Assembly: GCF_001194135.2 (NCBI RefSeq)
Contig: NC_068981.1
Coordinates: 117,201,872 to 117,244,887 of the forward strand
Origin: Octopus bimaculoides
Taxonomy: Eukaryota
Reading direction: 5' to 3'
DNA length: 43,016 nt
Part shown: piece by piece, positions 37,011 to 43,016 of the stretch
Layout: every line of letters starts with the position of its first letter
Numbering within the stretch: position 1 is the first letter of the stretch
Translations under genes and position numbers: made by a program
The notes under the pieces: model-generated
Database searches by the model: none
Told to the model about the DNA's origin: nothing
What the model saw: the letters and a program-made list of their open reading frames with translations, nothing else

Positions 37011-38581
37011 CAAACGCTCATACGCGCGCGCACGCACACACGCACACACACACACACACACACATACACACATAAGGTCGAATATAGTCGTAACAGACTT
37101 TAGATGTCATCCCTCTGGTGTCGATGAAAATAAGATAGTAAAAGTACGGTAGATTGAGGGAATTATTGGATTTGGTCAAAGTGGCTTACGTTATTTGTTC
37201 CTTCTCTTTACGTTCTCGGTGAGCCTGGCATGACGCAACTACAAAGATGCAGCGTCTCTTGTTTTCCTTGAACAACATCAGTGGCGTGGAGAGTGTTACA
37301 ATCTGGGCAACAGTTGGTTTTGCATAGATAAACCACGCATATGTCTCCGTCCCAGAGCAGAACGTCCCAGATGCAGATACATAGTTTACTACAGTCGTGG
37401 GCAAACTGCGGGCCGCAGAACTTTCTGAATGACACACCAAAGAAAAATTACGTTCCAATCTATGGGCAGTGCAGTCCGCCTGATGATGAACCAAAACTCA
37501 TGGTCCCCTATAACGAGATCCGCTGATTGGAGAAAGCTTATATTTCCAGCAACTATGTTGTCAGTGATGTGTAGAACGAAGTGCATAACGAGAGAGGCAG
37601 CTTAAAGTAAACCGACTGAATGTTGCAGTATATATTCATAAGTCATAAAAGTCGAGTCAAAGAGATCTGGGGTCAGCGCAGTAGCAACTACGCAGTTGCT
37701 CGACCTGTTAGAGATAGCAACTAAATCTTCCTTAACTTACAGTCATGAGAGTGGCACATCAAACGACGAGGACTTGAAAGTACAAAAGTACTAACAATTT
37801 ATCTGAAGTGCGTGATTGGTGTAATGACAGTAAATGATGGCGAGTGCAAACGATTTAACAACATCAACAACAAGATCTTACAAGAAAAACGTATATAAAT
37901 GACTACACCATTCAACACTCATAAATTATATTCCATGCATACATTATATATATGTGTGGGTGTGCGTGAGCGTAAGTGAATGTATCTTTACATATACATA
38001 CACATAAATGAGTGTACGTATATATATGCATATATATACATATATGCACACATACATATATAAACAAATGCCATCATCAATGTAATTATCATCAACGTCA
38101 TCCTCTCCACCATTGTCGTCAACGACATTGTCATCGTCATCAGACAGTTTCGTGACGTCATTAACCTGTTCATCGTGCTTGAATATTGTTGCTGGTGGCT
38201 TTACATTCTTGTTACTGTTCCCATCACTTGCCTCTGCACTGGCAGCTGACTTATTTCTTAAGAATCATCTACTGAACACAAGAACTTAGATTTAAGTAGA
38301 ACATAAAACTTCATATATACATAAACACGCATATTTCACATTCACACACACACACGCACATATGTGTATAAGCGTGTATTGTCACCGTTCAGTGTTGCAC
38401 TATTCTGATCAATAGGAAATCAAGTTTCTAGAAGAGTGGCTGCTAGCCTTTTGCTCAAGCCTTCTTCATTTCGGATGATAGCGACGCTGTGAGGGTTCTA
38501 CCAAGTTACTTCTCACAGCGAAATGTAGATGATTCACTAAGAGAAACAGTGAGAGACAGACAAGCACACATACGCACACAC

Positions 38582-38635
<54 letters not shown>

Positions 38636-39460
38636 TTAAATATATGTATGCTTGTATATTTAGATCACTACCAAATATTTGGCAAAAATATTGCACCTGT
38701 TATCAACGTTGCAAAATTCTCATATGAAAAGGTTTATATGACAACTTTGTGTGCATATCAAATTAAATAAGCGCTATAACGCGATCCATCGGGATATTGC
38801 ATTGAAATTTGCATAGGTTATTAAACAAGTATTTAAGCTGGATTGCGTTATGGCTCTTATTTAAATTGATATATATATGTATGTATGTATGTATGCATGT
38901 ATGTATGTATGTATGTATGTATGTATGTACGTATGTATGTATGTATGTATCTATCTATCTATATGTGTATGTGTGTATGTATGTATGTATGTATGTATGT
39001 ATGTATGTACGTATGTATATATATATATATATATATATNNNNNNNNNNNNNNNNNNNNNNNNNNNNNNNNNNNNNNNNNNNNNNNNNNNNNNNNNNNNNN
39101 NNNNNNNNNNNNNNNNNNNNNNNNNNNNNNNNNNNNNNNNNNNNNNNNNNNNNNNNNNNNNNNNNNNNNNNNNNNNNNNNNNNNNNNNNNNNNNNNNNNN
39201 NNNNNNNNNNNNNNNNNNNNNNNNNNNNNNNNNNNNNNNNNNNNNNNNNNNNNNNNNNNNNNNNNNNNNNNNNNNNNNNNNNNNNNNNNNNNNNNNNNNN
39301 NNNNNNNNNNNNNNNNNNNNNNNNNNNNNNNNNNNNNNNNNNNNNNNNNNNNNNNNNNNNNNNNNNNNNNNNNNNNNNNNNNNNNNNNNNNNNNNNNNNN
39401 NNNNNNNNNNNNNNNNNNNNNNNNNNNNNNNNNNNNNNNNNNNNNNNNNNNNNNNNNNNN

Positions 39461-39494
<34 letters not shown>

Positions 39495-39499
<5 letters not shown>

Positions 39500-40713
39500 T
39501 CATCCCATAAGTTTTGTCCAAATTTTGAATAAAGAAAACATGTGATCAAATGTTATATTTAATTGAACTTTAATCATTAGTGTACTTTCCCTGATTATCT
39601 ATGACTTCCTTCCATCTATCTACAAGCTTTTAATCCCAGCAATATAAAACTCTTTTGGTTTCAATGCGAAGAACACTGAAATGTTAGTTTCAAACTTTTC
39701 CTGGCTTGCGAAAGTTATGTCCCCCAAATGATTCTGTAAACTACAAAACAGATGGTAGTCTGAAGGAGCACGGTTCGGAGAATAAGGTGGATGAGGAATT
39801 CCTTCCCAACCTAGCTCTTCGATCTTCTGTTATGTGATCATTTCAGTGTGGTGTCGCGCATTGTCCTGATGAAACATCACTCCTTTTCGATTCACTAAAG
39901 CGGGTTATTTTTTACTTCAAAGCTTGGTTCAAACGCTCTAATTGCTGACAGTAGGTCTGAGCATTGATTGTTGCATTAGGTGATAACAATTCAAAGTGAA
40001 TTACTGCTTTGCAATCCTACCAGATAGAGAGAAGAACCTTTTTCCCATGAAGTTCCCTTCTCGGTTGTGGTTAAGTTTTTTTTTCCTTTTACCAAGCCAC
40101 TGTTTACGACATTTAACATTGCGATAGAATATCCATTTTTCGTCACCAGTCACAAGTCTATCCAAAACGGGTGAAATGAGTTCGCGAGAATGGAGAGAAG
40201 AGCAGATGTCAACTCGGGATTTGCGGTTGCTTTCGAGCAATTCATGCGAAACCCATTTTCCAAGTTTAGGAACCTTTCCATGTTGAAGATGACGATGAAC
40301 AGTTGTATGGTTTGAACTAAGTTTTATTGTCAATTCTTCAACTGATAATGCAGGATTTTCTTCAAGTAATGCCTCAAGGAGCTTATCATCAAACTCAACT
40401 GGACTTCCTGTTCGATTTTCATCTTCAAGGCTGAAATCTCCATTTCTGAATTTTGCAAACCATCTTCTGCAAGTTCTTTCATTCAAGCATTCTTTCCCAT
40501 AAACTGAGTGTATGTTTCGAGTCGCTTCGGCTGCAGAGTCTCCTTTTTTGTACTCATAAAGCATTATGTGCCTCAAATGCTCTTTGGATACTTCCATGTT
40601 AGTAAGTGTTTTAATCAAAGAAATTTTAATTCTATTATTCTGTAATATTTAATTAGTTTAAATGTACACAAATGCATAAAAATAATTTTAAATTCCATTT
40701 GACATTCTAAGAT
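39495..40713 (-). mobile_element. Mariner (DD34D) DNA transposon
   Basis: The 3' terminal sequence TCAGATCATCCCATAAGTTTTGTCC follows TA within a (TA)n run. The other terminus is lost in gap 40714-40779. Contains a near full-length transposase. Confidence 0.92.
39570..40597 (-). pseudogene. Mariner transposase pseudogene
   Basis: MEVSKEHLRHIMLYEYKKG... HTH region, WVSHEL (consensus WVPHEL), GDEKW, HQDNA and YSPNRAPSDYHLF, with 34 residues between D2 and D3. Frameshift at the poly-A near 40080-40085 and in-frame stops downstream. Confidence 0.92.
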
Positions 40714-40949
40714 NNNNNNNNNNNNNNNNNNNNNNNNNNNNNNNNNNNNNNNNNNNNNNNNNNNNNNNNNNNNNNNNNNATATATAATATATGTAAATTA
40801 ATCCTATATGTATACACACACACATACACTCACACACACACACACATACACACATAGAGAGAGAGAGAGAGAGATTGTAACATAGATAGATAGATAGATA
40901 CATACATACATACATACATACATGAGTGTGTATATATGCACACACATAG

Positions 40950-40997
<48 letters not shown>

Positions 40998-41029
40998 GAA
41001 TCGCGAATTTTATAAGTCCATAAGCCCTT

Positions 41030-41240
41030 TTCTTATGGGCACTAGACTGAAATTTTGAGAGAAGGGCTAGTCGATTAGAGTGACCCCATGAGTTTAACTG
41101 GTATTTATTTTATCTAACCTGAAAGGATGAAAGGCAAAATCGACCTCACCAGATTTTGATCTTACAACGTACAGACGGACGAAAAGTCACTAGATATTTT
41201 GTCCGGCATGCTAATGGTTCTGTCTGCTCGTGGCTTTACA
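41030..41240 (-). mobile_element. SINE family C
   Basis: Matches 23474-23680 (GAAAGGATGAAAGGCAAAATCGACCTC). Confidence 0.75.
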
Positions 41241-41297
41241 TAAAGCTATAAATTATAGTTTGTGAATAATGCTCCATATCTTACAACCAAAACTGTT

Positions 41298-41328
<31 letters not shown>

Positions 41329-41774
41329 ATGTGTGTGTTTGTGTATTTGTGTGCATGCGTGTTTGTGCGTTGATAAGTTTATAAAATTATTGATATATAT
41401 ATATATATATATGATACTCAACTTATTTTTGAACAGCTTGTACCAAAAGACTTTCTTTGTATTGCAAAATGAATAACCACATGACTAGTTTCTCTATTTT
41501 TTTTCAGCTCTTCAAAGTTCATAAAACCAAGAGAAAATAGTCGATTTGTTCCTCACTCCGATATACACAGACTCTACATGCAAAACGAGGTTAAATGTCT
41601 CGTTGAACTCTTGACACTAATGAGTTGTTTCTATTCTTATTACCTATTTTTTTTTTTACAAGACTGTAAGGGAACCTCTATGAGGCCGTTTGCTTAGCTA
41701 AAAGCGGCAACCAAATATCGTTCAAACCACCCGCTACTGTCTTCAATGAAGTAGGAAACTCTAGACAACTCACT

Positions 41775-41940
41775 TTGGCGGCTTTTCGCCCGTCTCTACG
41801 TTCTAAGATCAAAATCCATTCAGGTAAACTTTGCCTTTCATCTTCTCGGGGCCAATGAAATAAGTACCTGTTGAACACTGGGGTCGTTGTAACCGGCTAG
41901 CCCGTCTCCCAAAATTTCAGGTCGTGTGCCCATAATAAAT
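41775..41940 (+). mobile_element. SINE family C
   Basis: ACTTTGCCTTTCATC...AAATAAGTACCTGTTGAACACTGGGGTCG is the reverse complement of the 41030-41240 and 23474-23680 blocks. Confidence 0.75.
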
Positions 41941-42617
41941 AGAAATAAAGATTTATGTGTTTCGAGATTCACGGTTCCAGTAAAGAACACAACCCTTGAT
42001 GTACCATAAGAGTGGACATTATCACAGCTAGAACTTGTCTCATTAGTCTGTTCGATCAAAGCCGATCTAGAGCAACATAACATCAACAACTCCTATAAAC
42101 AGCGAGATTGAACGGACTACTTAGAGAGTTATACTTCACAAGCTGCGGTACAATGCGGTACATATCTCAAACGTTGTCGATGATAAATTTCGCTTGGTCA
42201 ACCACATATTGAGGATTTTATTCTATCTAGACTGAAAGCGTTGCCTGAATAATATACGTTCTTAAAATTCTACGCCCTCTGAACTATTTCAGAACGATAC
42301 AAAGCGCTCTTTGTTGACAAATAGATAAAATGTATAAAACATGTAATAGAGTGACAAGGAACTGAGCAATTTCATGCTCTATTAAATAAGTCTTACAAAA
42401 TCCGAATAATACAAAATGTTATACAAATAGCGTTTACACTATATGATTATAAGGCAGTAATCTCACAATGTGGGTGTGATTTATAAGCACGCACACATAC
42501 ACACATAAACAACCATATTCATATAATACAATATCCTGACAGTTTAAGTGTGGTTCATTTATATATATATATATATGTAGATAGTAGATATAAACAGGTA
42601 TAGATGTATGTGTATAG

Positions 42618-42667
<50 letters not shown>

Positions 42668-43016
42668 GTCTATCTATCTATATATCTATCAATCTATATA
42701 TCTATCTATCTCTATGGACGGACGGTAGACGTGTCGGCTCCGTAAGTTTTGCCTTTTTTATGTTTTAAAAAGTTTGTTTGTAAAGTTTATTTTATATAGA
42801 AAGTTGTATAACAACTTATAGACTCTCTGGTGCAAGTTTTTTGCAACGGAAATCTGCCCTGTGTGGCACATTCCCAGGTTTTAAAAATCAATTTCGGCTT
42901 TCTAGCCATTTTTATTTTGAGACGATGGCGTCTTCTAGCCATGAAAAGTTTCGTCAAACGAACGCTGAATTTTGCAGTATTTCGTTCGAAAAAGAATTTC
43001 CTAGTCTTCCTTCCTC

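Noticed and set aside
37190-37590. Overlapping open frames and a hAT-like CAGTCGTGGGCAAACTGCGG motif
   Set aside because: No frame gives a recognisable domain and no partner terminus was found; possibly an unassigned TE fossil.
38050-38260. Acidic minus-strand open frame (..DDDDNVVDDNGGEDD..)
   Set aside because: Grades into a TA/TG microsatellite without a donor site; consistent with decayed (GAT/GAC)n.
42925-43016. ATG-initiated frame MASSSHEKFRQ.. open to the window edge
   Set aside because: Only 30 codons visible and upstream sequence looks like a transposon end; cannot be assigned without the next window.

Overview
Repeat-dominated, AT-rich eukaryotic (metazoan) genomic DNA from a gapped short-read scaffold. 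Ten N-gaps total about 3.25 kb, and most abut (TA)n runs. The microsatellite load and the SINE families look like Octopus/coleoid cephalopod DNA; this is an inference from my recall of these repeats, not a database result. I can support no host protein-coding exon, rRNA, tRNA or CRISPR array, so the window is intronic or intergenic. Nearly all listed ORFs are microsatellite or gap artefacts. Recognisable fossils: (1) a DD34D mariner (39495-40713, minus); (2) a fold-back DD41D (rosa-type) Tc1/mariner derivative with ~345-bp inverted arms (14105-14958); (3) a Tx1/L1-type ORF2 endonuclease fragment (~21850-22705, minus); (4) an RTE LINE apparently split into two oppositely oriented halves (31564-33480); (5) many tRNA/CORE-type SINE copies. 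The most interesting signal is absent from the ORF track: six dispersed hammerhead-ribozyme (HHR)-like motifs (CUGANGA - stem II - GAAA - short, sometimes palindromic stem III - NUH - stem I) in different sequence contexts. They match the minimal type I HHRs known from Penelope-like elements and retrozymes. Also present: a 118-bp fold-back, a local inverted ~500-bp duplication, a perfect 170-bp direct duplication and an NRF1/ETS promoter-like cassette. All identities were counted by eye; nothing was folded or searched computationally.
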